From a virus, in IMG/VR virus record IMGVR_UViG_3300023174_000082, positions 1-64,000 of that record: a DNA stretch of 64,000 nt. One strand, given 5' to 3'. This document shows positions 54,092-63,377 of the stretch, in pieces; within the stretch, counting starts at the first letter, position 1, and each line of letters begins with the position of its first letter. The notes beneath the pieces are model-generated. The model did not search any database, was not told where the DNA came from, and saw only the letters and a list, made by a program, of their open reading frames with translations. Position numbers and translations under genes: made by a program.

Positions 54092-54321
54092 TAGAAATAC
54101 GGCAATTTTGTTTTGTTGGTCGTTTCCATGTTTTCTTCAGCAATCTTGCTAATCATTTTTCTTTCAGTGAAACTTAGTGCCAGCACCTGATCGTAGGTGA
54201 GTCCGCCGCGCATCAACCAAGCCAATCTTAAACTGTTTGATCTAATTGCGTTGGCCTCCTGATCAAGGCTGTCAATGTACTCGCCAATTTCCTCTACTGG
54301 GAGGATCAGGAGGCGGCTTCG
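54091..54321 (-). CDS. gp51-like hub/tail assembly chaperone segment, likely reached by -1 frameshift from the upstream ORF
   Basis: Open 76-codon frame RSRLLILPVEEIGEYID..LAWLMRGGLTYDQVLALSFTERKMI..KTKLPYF*. Its TAA overlaps the next ATG (TAATG). Confidence 0.75.
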   Translation of the reverse strand, partial: RSRLLILPVEEIGEYIDSLDQEANAIRSNSLRLAWLMRGGLTYDQVLALSFTERKMISKIAEENMETTNKTKLPYF

Positions 54322-54327
54322 AAAAAA
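54254..54327 (-). promoter_or_regulatory. Programmed -1 ribosomal frameshift signal
   Basis: Slippery T TTT TTC (54327-54321), 6-nt spacer, then a perfect 11-bp stem GCCTCCTGATC (54314-54304) / GATCAGGAGGC (54264-54254). Confidence 0.75.
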
Positions 54328-55151
54328 TTTGTAAGATCCAGATTCAGTGCTTGATCATGTTCGTGATTGCATTCACTGCAGGTGAGATGCACAGGTTTGA
54401 GTTCTGTACGATTGCGCAATTCAACTGCGTGATCTCTAACAGCAACAAAAATTTGACGATCGCAGTTTTGCAAAAATTCATCAATGTGCTCGGACTCTGA
54501 CACAACAGACTGTGGTGTACGAATTGCTGAAATTGAGTACTTGAGAGCTCGCATGGTCAGCTGAGTCAACGTTTTCATCACTTCGGCTAGTTTTTGTAAC
54601 TTGTCGTCTTCACTGAGTTCAGTATCCATGCTAATGTTGCGCATCATGCGTTGATTTTCAAATTGCTCAAGATTGATTTCGTTTTGTTTTTCATAACTCA
54701 TTGGATGAAAATAAATTTCCAAATCTCCATAAGTCACTGTGGCAGAAAAGTCAGGCATGGTCAACTGATCCAGTGCATTGCGCAAGTCTAACGCAAAACT
54801 CTCAATGTGTTTGCAAGCAGGACAAGTGGTTTCAATTTCAAGCTCGTGACCGTAGCTGGCAATACGAATAGCAACCAGGATAGAGTTTAAATCTGCCACA
54901 GGAGCATGCCAGGCATTTTTAATTGACGGCACACAACTGTGTATCACATTGACCACAGCTTGCCCGCTAAACAGTGCATCTGGCGTGCGATAGGTAATTT
55001 CGTCAATGGCTGTCATGGGATAAACAGGCAGCTCACCGTTTTGAGGCACGTCTAAGCTGCCTTCTGGCCAGTATTTGCCCTCGCTGGGCAACCGCAAGTA
55101 AATTGCTGGTTGTCTAAAAAATTGTCTAAGTGGATTGTGATTTTGGTTCAT
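54306..55151 (-). CDS. Baseplate hub assembly protein, T4 gp26-like
   Basis: NPL..FRQP..LPS.G, PMTAIDEI, IRIASYG, CPAC..CSEC and a terminal NFF. Confidence 0.8.
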   Translation of the reverse strand: MNQNHNPLRQFFRQPAIYLRLPSEGKYWPEGSLDVPQNGELPVYPMTAIDEITYRTPDALFSGQAVVNVIHSCVPSIKNAWHAPVADLNSILVAIRIASYGHELEIETTCPACKHIESFALDLRNALDQLTMPDFSATVTYGDLEIYFHPMSYEKQNEINLEQFENQRMMRNISMDTELSEDDKLQKLAEVMKTLTQLTMRALKYSISAIRTPQSVVSESEHIDEFLQNCDRQIFVAVRDHAVELRNRTELKPVHLTCSECNHEHDQALNLDLTNFFEAAS

Positions 55152-55159
55152 AGTGTACC

Positions 55160-55181
55160 CATAAATATACTTCTACTTATA
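55160..55181. promoter_or_regulatory. Facing late promoter-like boxes serving divergent genes
   Basis: CATAAATA on + (55160-55167) towards the tape measure gene, and TATAAGTA on - (55181-55174) towards the gp26-like gene. Confidence 0.5.
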
Positions 55182-55192
55182 GGTGTTTTTCA

Positions 55193-58100
55193 ATGGCGGA
55201 CGTAAATCAAGCATCACAAGAAATGGCTGAAGTCATAGCACAAGTGTCTGACGACCTTAGACGTTTTGGGCGAGTTACCGAAGATACTCAAGCAGCACTG
55301 GCAGCTGGCAGTTTTCGCCGAGCAAAAGAACTTGACAAAGCCAGTGCGTTAACAGCAGGTGCGTTAGGAAATCTGGCAGGTGCAGGTCTAGCAGCCGGCA
55401 AAGCCATGTATGATGGCCAAAAAGGCGCCGCGGCATTTAACAGTTCACTTGACAGCATGAGCAAAGCAGTTACCGCAGCCGGTGCTGCGTTGACTTTCTT
55501 GGTTCCTGGCGGATTTTTAATCAAAGCTCTAATTGGCCTGGGCACAGCCGCAGTTGGCGCCAGTATTAAGATGACTCAAGCGGCCAACGACATGGCCGAC
55601 AATTTGTTCTCAGCCAATAGCAAAATGGCCAAATCTGGCCTGGCAGCATCAGATGGCATGACTGGCATATTCCGCGACGCCAAGAAGCTTGGCCTGAGCA
55701 TGAAAGAGTTGGGTGTATACACCAATGCAGTAGCAGCCAACAGCGCAGAATTGGCCTTGTTCAAGGGCACAGCATTTGAAGGACGTAAAGCATTTGCTGA
55801 CATTGGTGCGTCAATGAAGCCATTCCGCGCCAGCTTGGAAGGCGCAGGTATCAGTCTTGAAGATCAAATTGCAGGCACTGCTGGCTATTTGAGATTGCAA
55901 ACTCAAATAGGACAAAGTCAAAACAAAAGCACAACAGAACTAGCCAATGGTGCTAGAAAATATCTAGTTGAAATGGATGGACTCAGCAAGCTCACAGGCA
56001 TGCAACGTGAGGAGATGGAAAAACAAATGGAAGCTGCTAGAAGCGAGCAGCGTTTCCGGGCCAAACTAGATGCCATGCGAGCATCTGGAGATGCCCGACA
56101 AATTGCTGCTGCTGATAAGATGGAAAGAGCCAACATTCTTATCAGCAAACAAGCACCAGAGTTAGGACAAGCATTTAGAGATGCCAGTTCAGGTGTGCTC
56201 ACAAGTGATGCAGCAGTTAAAGGGCTGATTGGCACACAAGGCAAGCTGTTACAAGTGACTGATCAATTGGCAAATGGTCAAATTGACGAGTATCAAACGT
56301 TCAAACAGTTGGGTCAGGCTGCTGGACAGTTTGGTAAAGACATGAACTTTACAGCTCAGCTGGGCTTGCTGAATGATTTCAGCATTGATTATGCGCAGGC
56401 AATGAAAATTGGTATTGCCACAACAAAAGACACTTCTGAACTGGCTGCGTTAATTGCAGAAGAACAAAAGAAACAAATGGGCTCGCAGAATGACGCCAAC
56501 ACCAAGGCCATGGCTGATCTCAGAGAAAAACAACGCAATCTCAATGAGATGCTGGAAACTACAATAGCTAACCAGATGGGCACAGCTATATCAATGAGCA
56601 ACGCTCTAGCCAATGCCACAACACCTATTGCCACGGCATTTGACAGACTTGCACCATTGATGGAAAAATTCATAATCCAAATGACAAAACTCACCGACTT
56701 CTTGGCAGAAAAACTGGGATATATTGTTAACAAGAGTATTGATGTAGTAGAAGCCACACAAAAAGACGGCATGGGCGGATTTTACAGATCTGGTGGCAGT
56801 GAATTAGTTGGGTCTGGTGTTGGTGCAGTAGCTGGTGGAGTAAAAGGCGCAGCCATGGGTGCGGCTCTAGGTAGTGTGGTGCCAGTGCTTGGCACAGCTA
56901 TTGGTGCCGCCCTGGGCGGATTGGTTGGTGGTGTGGGTGGTTATTATGGGGGCAAGGTATTGGGTATGGGCGCTGATGCACTAGGTACCGCAGTAACTCC
57001 TCCTGGGCGTGCCGCCGGTGGTCCTGTCAGCAGACGAAATCCCTATATTGTGGGCGAGCGTGGCCCAGAACTCATGGTTCCTGAACAAGCAGGAAAAATT
57101 ATCAACAATGACAAACTAAGCAAGATGTTTGAGTCCATGGCTTCTTCTGTATCTTCAGGACAAGTTAGTGTTGATATGATATCTCAAGTGATGGGCAGCT
57201 CTGTAACTGTTGTAACCACAACCAATAGCGAACTGACTGACAATTTAAAAACTACACAAAACGTTGGCAACACATATCAAGCAATACTGAAATCTGTTGA
57301 CGAGCTAAATGACAAAACCAAAAAAACAACAGAGTCTGCAATTACAGCTCAACGAGAAACTCTAACAGACATACAACGCATTGAACGTTACACTGATCAA
57401 GACATGAAACGCACAAAAGAGTTTGTGGATTTTCATAAAAAATATCTTGACAGTATCACCCAGATATTGGGTGAAAACTTAGAGCTATTGCAAGAACAAT
57501 CAGAACAAAGTGGTTCTGCTGGTGCAGGCGGCGCTCCAGGCATGGGCGGAGGTACAGGACTGAAAATTCCAGCAGCGCCACCAGCCGGAGGCATGGGCGG
57601 AGGTACAGGGGTTAGGGCTGGCGGCGGCCAAGGCGTACAAGTTAAAAATCAAAACGATTTGTTGTCCATGGGTCTTAAATTTGATCCCAAACGTGATGTA
57701 CAAGCAGAAGGTGCGGCAATCAGTCCCAAGTTAATTGAGCTGGCCAAGAACGTTCAAAGTCTCATACCAGGATTTTCAGCATTCACAGGAATGAATGATC
57801 AGTACCACAACGAAAAGCATCCACGAAGCTTGCACGCCAAAGGTCAAGCCATGGACTTTGTGCTAAACAAAAAGCCCACAAAAGAAGAAGGTGAAAGCAT
57901 TGTTAGTTGGCTCAAACAGTCAGGAGCCAGTCTTGCCTTAGATGAATACAACAACGCTAATCAGCACACAACAGGCGGCCACTTCCATGCAGAAATTCCT
58001 GCATTTGGCGACGGAGGCATGGTAGACAAAGCCACACTGGCGTTGATTGGTGAAAAAGGTCCAGAAGCTGTGATTCCCATGGACGGCAAAGAAATTCCAC

Positions 58101-58645
58101 TGAATATATCCAAGCCAATTCCAATCAAGCTGGATCTCAAAGATGTATTTGCCGAAGGAGGCATTGGCCCAACATTTGGCGGCATGAACGAATACACTGG
58201 TTACAACATGGGCCACATGTCAACTGATTTGAGTGCAGTGAAAGAAATTGCTGCCAGCATGGGCGCCTTTGACAAAGCATCACAAACCATCACAGATCCA
58301 GCAACCTGGAAAGAAATTATAAATTCAGGCATTGCTATGAATTACGATCTTGGCATGGCCAAAATTGGTACTCAAATGGGAGACGGTATAGGACAAGAAA
58401 TGGCACAACGTCTGAATGACATTGTGGCTGAAAATGGTGTGAGTCAAAAGGAAGCATTTGATATCATGCGAACAGAGTTTGTAGAAGCCATGAAAACAAT
58501 CACAACAGAAATGTTCCAGAAAATGGCCAAAGAATCAGCCACACCAGAAACAGATGCGCTGATTGCTGGCATTGATGCGCTAATTGCCAAGCAGAGTGAA
58601 GCCAACGACATCAGCAAGAAGATACTCCAGGTGAGTGCAAACTAA
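55193..58645 (+). CDS. Tape measure-like protein with an embedded Zn-peptidase (M15/LAS-like) domain
   Basis: Long A/G-rich helical sequence with RAAGGPV..VGERGPEL and GDGG..GEKGPEAVIP motifs, plus SLHAKGQAMDF..GHFH. Confidence 0.75.
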   Translation: MADVNQASQEMAEVIAQVSDDLRRFGRVTEDTQAALAAGSFRRAKELDKASALTAGALGNLAGAGLAAGKAMYDGQKGAAAFNSSLDSMSKAVTAAGAALTFLVPGGFLIKALIGLGTAAVGASIKMTQAANDMADNLFSANSKMAKSGLAASDGMTGIFRDAKKLGLSMKELGVYTNAVAANSAELALFKGTAFEGRKAFADIGASMKPFRASLEGAGISLEDQIAGTAGYLRLQTQIGQSQNKSTTELANGARKYLVEMDGLSKLTGMQREEMEKQMEAARSEQRFRAKLDAMRASGDARQIAAADKMERANILISKQAPELGQAFRDASSGVLTSDAAVKGLIGTQGKLLQVTDQLANGQIDEYQTFKQLGQAAGQFGKDMNFTAQLGLLNDFSIDYAQAMKIGIATTKDTSELAALIAEEQKKQMGSQNDANTKAMADLREKQRNLNEMLETTIANQMGTAISMSNALANATTPIATAFDRLAPLMEKFIIQMTKLTDFLAEKLGYIVNKSIDVVEATQKDGMGGFYRSGGSELVGSGVGAVAGGVKGAAMGAALGSVVPVLGTAIGAALGGLVGGVGGYYGGKVLGMGADALGTAVTPPGRAAGGPVSRRNPYIVGERGPELMVPEQAGKIINNDKLSKMFESMASSVSSGQVSVDMISQVMGSSVTVVTTTNSELTDNLKTTQNVGNTYQAILKSVDELNDKTKKTTESAITAQRETLTDIQRIERYTDQDMKRTKEFVDFHKKYLDSITQILGENLELLQEQSEQSGSAGAGGAPGMGGGTGLKIPAAPPAGGMGGGTGVRAGGGQGVQVKNQNDLLSMGLKFDPKRDVQAEGAAISPKLIELAKNVQSLIPGFSAFTGMNDQYHNEKHPRSLHAKGQAMDFVLNKKPTKEEGESIVSWLKQSGASLALDEYNNANQHTTGGHFHAEIPAFGDGGMVDKATLALIGEKGPEAVIPMDGKEIPLNISKPIPIKLDLKDVFAEGGIGPTFGGMNEYTGYNMGHMSTDLSAVKEIAASMGAFDKASQTITDPATWKEIINSGIAMNYDLGMAKIGTQMGDGIGQEMAQRLNDIVAENGVSQKEAFDIMRTEFVEAMKTITTEMFQKMAKESATPETDALIAGIDALIAKQSEANDISKKILQVSAN

Positions 58646-58646
58646 C

Positions 58647-58654
58647 GGTAAATA
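58647..58654 (+). promoter_or_regulatory. Late promoter-like GGTAAATA
   Basis: 7 nt before the portal ATG. Confidence 0.5.
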
Positions 58655-58661
58655 AACAACC

Positions 58662-60431
58662 ATGGCAGAACCCAAACAACAAGGCTGGCGCAAATATTTC
58701 AAAGTTGCAGACACATCTGGAGTGATGAGTCCAATTTCTGGCAAAAATCAGTATGGACTACCCAACTACGGCAAAAACGACGGCACTGACTCGTTGATCA
58801 ACGATTTTACCTTTAGAAATTATGCCAGTAGACTGCCTGAAGTGTATTCAGGTCACCCCAACAGAGTAGAGCGTTACAACCAGTATGAGAACATGGACAT
58901 GGACTCAGAAATCAACGCCTGCTTGGACATTATTGCTGAGTTCTCCACACAAATTAATCAATCAAACGCCACCCCGTTTGACATTCAATACAACGAAACA
59001 CCCACAGACCACGAAGTTGACATCATTAAAAAACAACTGCAACAGTGGGTCAAGTTGAACAAGTTGGATCAGCGTATATTCAAACTGTTTCGCAACACCA
59101 TCAAGTATGGCGATCAAGTGTTTGTGCGTGACCCAGAAACGTTTGAAATGTACTGGGTTGACATGACCAAAGTTGCTAGAGTTATTGTGAACGAGTCAGA
59201 AGGCAAACGCCCTGAACAGTATGTTATCCGTGACATCAATCCCAACTTCCAGAACATGACTGTGGCAGCAAAAACTACCACAGACTACATGACCAATCCT
59301 GTGACAGGCTCAATATCTGGCGCAGCCAACTACACCATGCCCAATGGTGGCTCTGGTGGCGGTGTAGGCAACAGTCGCTTTATGACTGCCATGAATGAAA
59401 CATGTTTGGATGCCAAACATGTGGTACACATGAGTCTGAACGAAGGTTTAGACGTATTTTGGCCATTTGGGCGCAGTATACTAGAGCAAATTTACAAAGT
59501 ATTCAAGCAGAAAGAACTGCTAGAAGATTCAATTTTAATTTATCGTGTGAGCCGTGCTCCGGAGCGTAGAATCTTTAAAATTGACGTGGGCAACATGCCC
59601 AGCCACTTGGCCATGGCGTTTGTGGAACGTGTTAAAAACGAAATGCATCAACGACGAATCCCTACCATAACAGGTGGCGGAGCCAACATGATGGATTCGT
59701 CTTACAATCCACTTTCGATCAACGAAGACTACTTTTTCCCCCAGGGCCAAGACGGTCGTGGCTCATCAGTTGAGACATTGCCCGGCGGACAAAATCTAGG
59801 CGAAATTGACGATTTAAAGTATTTTAACAACAAAATGGCCCGTGGTTTGCGTGTGCCATCAAGCTATTTGCCCACTGGTCCAGACGACTCAGACCGTGCT
59901 TTTTCAGACGGAAAAGTAGGCACAGCCCTTATACAAGAGTACAGATTCAATCAATATTGCGAGCGTTTGCAAGGGCATATTTCACAAAAACTAGACGATG
60001 AATTCAAGATGTTCCTCAAATGGCGCGGGTTTAACATAGACTCTGGCCTGTTTAGTTTGAAGTTTTCTCCACCTCAAAACTTTGCAAGTTACCGTCAAAG
60101 TGAGTTGGACAACACAAGAATACAAGCATTTACACAGTTAGAACAACTGCCTTACATGAGCAAGCGTTTTATGTTGGAACGTTTCTTGGGATTGACTGAA
60201 GACGAAATCAAAGAAAACGAAGAGCTGTGGCGTGAAGAACGTGATCAGCCCGAAATGCAAAGTTCAGGTGGCGCCGACTTACGTTCTGTGGGTATTACTC
60301 CGGGCGGCATGGAAACTGATATCAACACAGGCGAAGAAATTGGACAAATGCAACAACCTGGCGCAGGTGAAATGGTTGGCCCGGGTGCTGCTCCGGGTGC
60401 TGCCCCAGGCGGAACTCCAGGCGGAGTATAA
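58662..60431 (+). CDS. gp20: Portal protein, T4 gp20-like
   Basis: LLEDSILIYRVSRAPERRIFKIDVGNMP, EDYFFP..GRGSSVETLPGGQNLGEIDD and LRVPSS. Confidence 0.95.
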   Translation: MAEPKQQGWRKYFKVADTSGVMSPISGKNQYGLPNYGKNDGTDSLINDFTFRNYASRLPEVYSGHPNRVERYNQYENMDMDSEINACLDIIAEFSTQINQSNATPFDIQYNETPTDHEVDIIKKQLQQWVKLNKLDQRIFKLFRNTIKYGDQVFVRDPETFEMYWVDMTKVARVIVNESEGKRPEQYVIRDINPNFQNMTVAAKTTTDYMTNPVTGSISGAANYTMPNGGSGGGVGNSRFMTAMNETCLDAKHVVHMSLNEGLDVFWPFGRSILEQIYKVFKQKELLEDSILIYRVSRAPERRIFKIDVGNMPSHLAMAFVERVKNEMHQRRIPTITGGGANMMDSSYNPLSINEDYFFPQGQDGRGSSVETLPGGQNLGEIDDLKYFNNKMARGLRVPSSYLPTGPDDSDRAFSDGKVGTALIQEYRFNQYCERLQGHISQKLDDEFKMFLKWRGFNIDSGLFSLKFSPPQNFASYRQSELDNTRIQAFTQLEQLPYMSKRFMLERFLGLTEDEIKENEELWREERDQPEMQSSGGADLRSVGITPGGMETDINTGEEIGQMQQPGAGEMVGPGAAPGAAPGGTPGGV

Positions 60432-60434
60432 ATA
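60427..60434 (+). promoter_or_regulatory. T4-type late promoter TATAAATA
   Basis: Exact match overlapping the portal stop, 5 nt before ATG 60440. Confidence 0.7.
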
Positions 60435-60439
60435 TAAAC

Positions 60440-60658
60440 ATGCTCCTACAAGAATTTTGGAAAAAAGATCCTGAAGCCTATCAAGATCTATCGCAAGACA
60501 ACAGTCAACCGCAACTGGGTGATCTGCGCAAAACTCGCTTGACATTAAGACAGCTTAACAAGTTGAGAAAAATGAATGACGTCCGTGCATTCGAATACAA
60601 AGAAAAACTCAAACTAGTGCGACAACAGTACGCACCGCCTCCAGCCCCTGTGGCTTAA
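60440..60658 (+). CDS. Small head-module protein
   Basis: 72 aa with RKTRLTLRQLNKLRKM, located between the portal and prohead core genes. Confidence 0.75.
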   Translation: MLLQEFWKKDPEAYQDLSQDNSQPQLGDLRKTRLTLRQLNKLRKMNDVRAFEYKEKLKLVRQQYAPPPAPVA

Positions 60659-60710
60659 TTGGCATTTATCGCCATTTTGACTCCTTAAACAGCAGAGTTT
60701 TTGGTTGTTA

Positions 60711-60718
60711 TGTAAATA
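60711..60718 (+). promoter_or_regulatory. Late promoter-like TGTAAATA
   Basis: Upstream of SD AGGAG and ATG 60751. Confidence 0.5.
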
Positions 60719-60750
60719 ACAGCACACTTTACCTATAGGAGTTTTCCCTT

Positions 60751-61608
60751 ATGAACAAATTTGAACAGTTGATCGAATACGTGATCAACGACGAAGACCA
60801 AAAAGCTCGCGAGCTTTTCCATGACATCGTAGTGGCCAAAAGCCGCGAAATCTACGAAAATCTAATGCAAGAAGAGGCTGATGAAGACATCGACGAAGCA
60901 GCAGAAAAAGAAACTGATGACGAAGATCTTGACGAATCAGAAGAAATGGATGAAAGCGCCATGGGCGGCGACGCCAGCGACGACTTGATTGATGAAATTG
61001 AAGCCGACGAAGAACAAGACATGAGCATGGAAGGCGAAGAGTCTGACTCTGAGTTTGACGACGAAGCTGAAGAAGCTGGTGACGATCTTACTCACGACAT
61101 TGAAGACATGCACGACGAAGGCGGCAGCGATGAGCCTGCAACCAAAGATGACGTTATGAATCTAGAAGACAAACTAGATGAGTTGATGGCTGAATTTGAA
61201 GGCTTGATGGGCGGCGACGACATGGGCGACGGCGATGATTTTGGTGGAGACGAAGGCGGTGATGCCATTGAAATGGACGACACTGAAGAAATGATGCCTA
61301 TGGCCGAAGCATTGACATTGAAGGCAGCACCAAAGCCAGTTACCACTGAACAAGGTGACGGCAAAGCAGGTCCTGTAGCATTTAACTCAGGCGCAACTGG
61401 AATGGCCAGCAAGCCAGTACACACTGGTACCAGCATGGGTGGTGTGCATGACAGTTCCGCATATCGCAACACAGTAAAAGAACTTGGCGTAACTCCTACA
61501 CAAGATGCTGGAAAAAAAGCATTTAAATCAGCTGCTCCTGCTCCTGTAAAGAGCCAGGCCAGCGGTGTAAACACCAAGAGCCCACTTCCAAGTGGTCGTA
61601 AAGGTTAA
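60751..61608 (+). CDS. Highly acidic prohead core or scaffold-like protein
   Basis: D/E-rich, in the gp67/gp68 position between portal and protease. Confidence 0.65.
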   Translation: MNKFEQLIEYVINDEDQKARELFHDIVVAKSREIYENLMQEEADEDIDEAAEKETDDEDLDESEEMDESAMGGDASDDLIDEIEADEEQDMSMEGEESDSEFDDEAEEAGDDLTHDIEDMHDEGGSDEPATKDDVMNLEDKLDELMAEFEGLMGGDDMGDGDDFGGDEGGDAIEMDDTEEMMPMAEALTLKAAPKPVTTEQGDGKAGPVAFNSGATGMASKPVHTGTSMGGVHDSSAYRNTVKELGVTPTQDAGKKAFKSAAPAPVKSQASGVNTKSPLPSGRKG

Positions 61609-61612
61609 TTAG

Positions 61613-62251
61613 ATGTCATCTAGATACCTAAGAGAAGATCTTACTTTTAGCCAAGCCAACATCCAAGTTTTGGAAGAAGCTGATGTTGGTGGCAAAAAGC
61701 ACCTCTATCTCAAAGGCATTTGTATTGAAGGCGACAAGCGCAATGCAAATGAGCGTATCTATCCTCGACACGAAATTATCAAAGCAGTAGAAACCATCAA
61801 CGAGCAGATCCGTAACGGTAACTCCGTTTTAGGTGAAGTGGACCATCCAGACGATCTCAAGATTAACTTGGATCGTGTGTGCCACACAGTTGAAGGCATG
61901 TGGATGGACGGGCATGCTGGTTGCGGCAAATTGAAAATTCTACCAACCCCTATGGGTGAATTGATAAAGACTCTGTTGACATCTGGCGTGAAGCTGGGTG
62001 TTAGCAGTCGTGGTTCAGGAAATGTTGATGACAGAACAGGACATGTAAGTGACTTTGAAATTGTCACTATAGATGTGGTTGCCCAACCCAGTGCTCCTAA
62101 TGCGTATCCTACAGCAATCTATGAAGGTCTCATGAATATGAGAAACGGTCATAAGATCTTAGAGATAGCAAGAGAGTCTGGTCAGGACGACAAAGTGAAG
62201 AAGTATCTCGCAGGTGAGGTTAAACGCCTTATCCGAGAACTCAAAATCTAA
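61613..62251 (+). CDS. gp21: Prohead protease, T4 gp21-like
   Basis: NANERIYP, GEVDHP, GVSSRGSG and DVVAQPSAPNA. Confidence 0.95.
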   Translation: MSSRYLREDLTFSQANIQVLEEADVGGKKHLYLKGICIEGDKRNANERIYPRHEIIKAVETINEQIRNGNSVLGEVDHPDDLKINLDRVCHTVEGMWMDGHAGCGKLKILPTPMGELIKTLLTSGVKLGVSSRGSGNVDDRTGHVSDFEIVTIDVVAQPSAPNAYPTAIYEGLMNMRNGHKILEIARESGQDDKVKKYLAGEVKRLIRELKI

Positions 62252-62263
62252 GGAGAACCAGGC

Positions 62264-63358
62264 ATGTTTGATGCTATTAAACCATTGCTTGACAGCGGCT
62301 TGATCAACGAAGATGTTAGTAAAGAACTCAACGAAGCTTGGGAATCTAAACTGACAGAAGCTCGTGAACTTGTACGTGCAGAACTTCGCGAGGAGTTTGC
62401 ACAACGCTATGAGCATGACAAAACAGTGATGGTAGAAGCCCTAGATAAAATGGTAACAGAAGGTCTTGCAGGAGAATTGGCCAATATTGCTGCTGAAAAG
62501 CAAGCATTGGCTGAAGACCGTGTGAAGTTTCAACACAAGATGAAAGAGTCAGCCACTAAGTTTAACAGCTTCTTGGTTACTAAACTTGCTGAAGAAATTT
62601 CTGAACTGCGTAAAGACCGTAAGATGCACACAGAAGGAGTTGCAAAACTTGAAAACTTCGTGGTGCATGCATTGGCAAAAGAAATTCAAGAATTTGCTGC
62701 TGACAAGCGTGATTTGGTTGAAACCAAAGTTCGCTTGGTAAGTGAAGCACGTAACAAACTTGAAACTTTGAAAGCACGATTTGTTAAAGAAAGTGCCAAC
62801 AAAATGAGCCAAGCTGTTAGCAAACATCTTAAGGCTGAATTGAATCAGTTACAAGAAGACATCAAAGTTGCTCGCGAGAACAATTTTGGTCGTCGTATCT
62901 TTGAAGCATATGCTACCGAATTTGGTGCTACTCACTTGAATGAGAAAGCTGAAGTTCGTAAGTTGCATAACACAATTGCGCACAAAGACAAGAAATTGTC
63001 TGAGGCAATTAAACTCACCATGAAAGCAAAAGTCCTGGTTGAGAATAAAGAGCGCGAACTGCGTATGATTAAAGAATCCAATGAGCGTGACAGCACAATG
63101 GATGAATTGCTACGTCCCTTGAACAAGGAAAAGCAAGAAGTCATGCGTAATTTGCTCGAAAGCGTCCAAACTAACCGTTTGAAAAACGCCTTCGAAAAGT
63201 ATCTACCAGCAGTGTTGGAAGACCGCTCCGTGAAAGCCCACAAAGTGATCACAGAAAACGTCACCGCAGTTACTGGTGATAAAACTGTTCCGAACCAGCA
63301 GTCCGCCCAAGAAGATCACAGCAATGTGATTGCACTCAAGCGCCTGGCAGGGCTTTAA
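62264..63358 (+). CDS. gp22: Prohead scaffolding protein, T4 gp22-like
   Basis: Coiled-coil, E/K-rich, located between protease and capsid genes, with FGRRIFEA. Confidence 0.8.
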   Translation: MFDAIKPLLDSGLINEDVSKELNEAWESKLTEARELVRAELREEFAQRYEHDKTVMVEALDKMVTEGLAGELANIAAEKQALAEDRVKFQHKMKESATKFNSFLVTKLAEEISELRKDRKMHTEGVAKLENFVVHALAKEIQEFAADKRDLVETKVRLVSEARNKLETLKARFVKESANKMSQAVSKHLKAELNQLQEDIKVARENNFGRRIFEAYATEFGATHLNEKAEVRKLHNTIAHKDKKLSEAIKLTMKAKVLVENKERELRMIKESNERDSTMDELLRPLNKEKQEVMRNLLESVQTNRLKNAFEKYLPAVLEDRSVKAHKVITENVTAVTGDKTVPNQQSAQEDHSNVIALKRLAGL

Positions 63359-63377
63359 AATTTTTTAGGAGACTTAA

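Noticed and set aside
54091-54213. Independent 40-aa gene starting at MRGG
   Set aside because: Possible, but the longer open frame, slippery site and stem favour frameshift entry. Kept only as the alternative explanation.
57539-57609. 20-nt direct repeat GGCATGGGCGGAGGTACAGG
   Set aside because: It encodes a duplicated GMGGGTG linker in the tape measure, with no sign of an att site or insertion.
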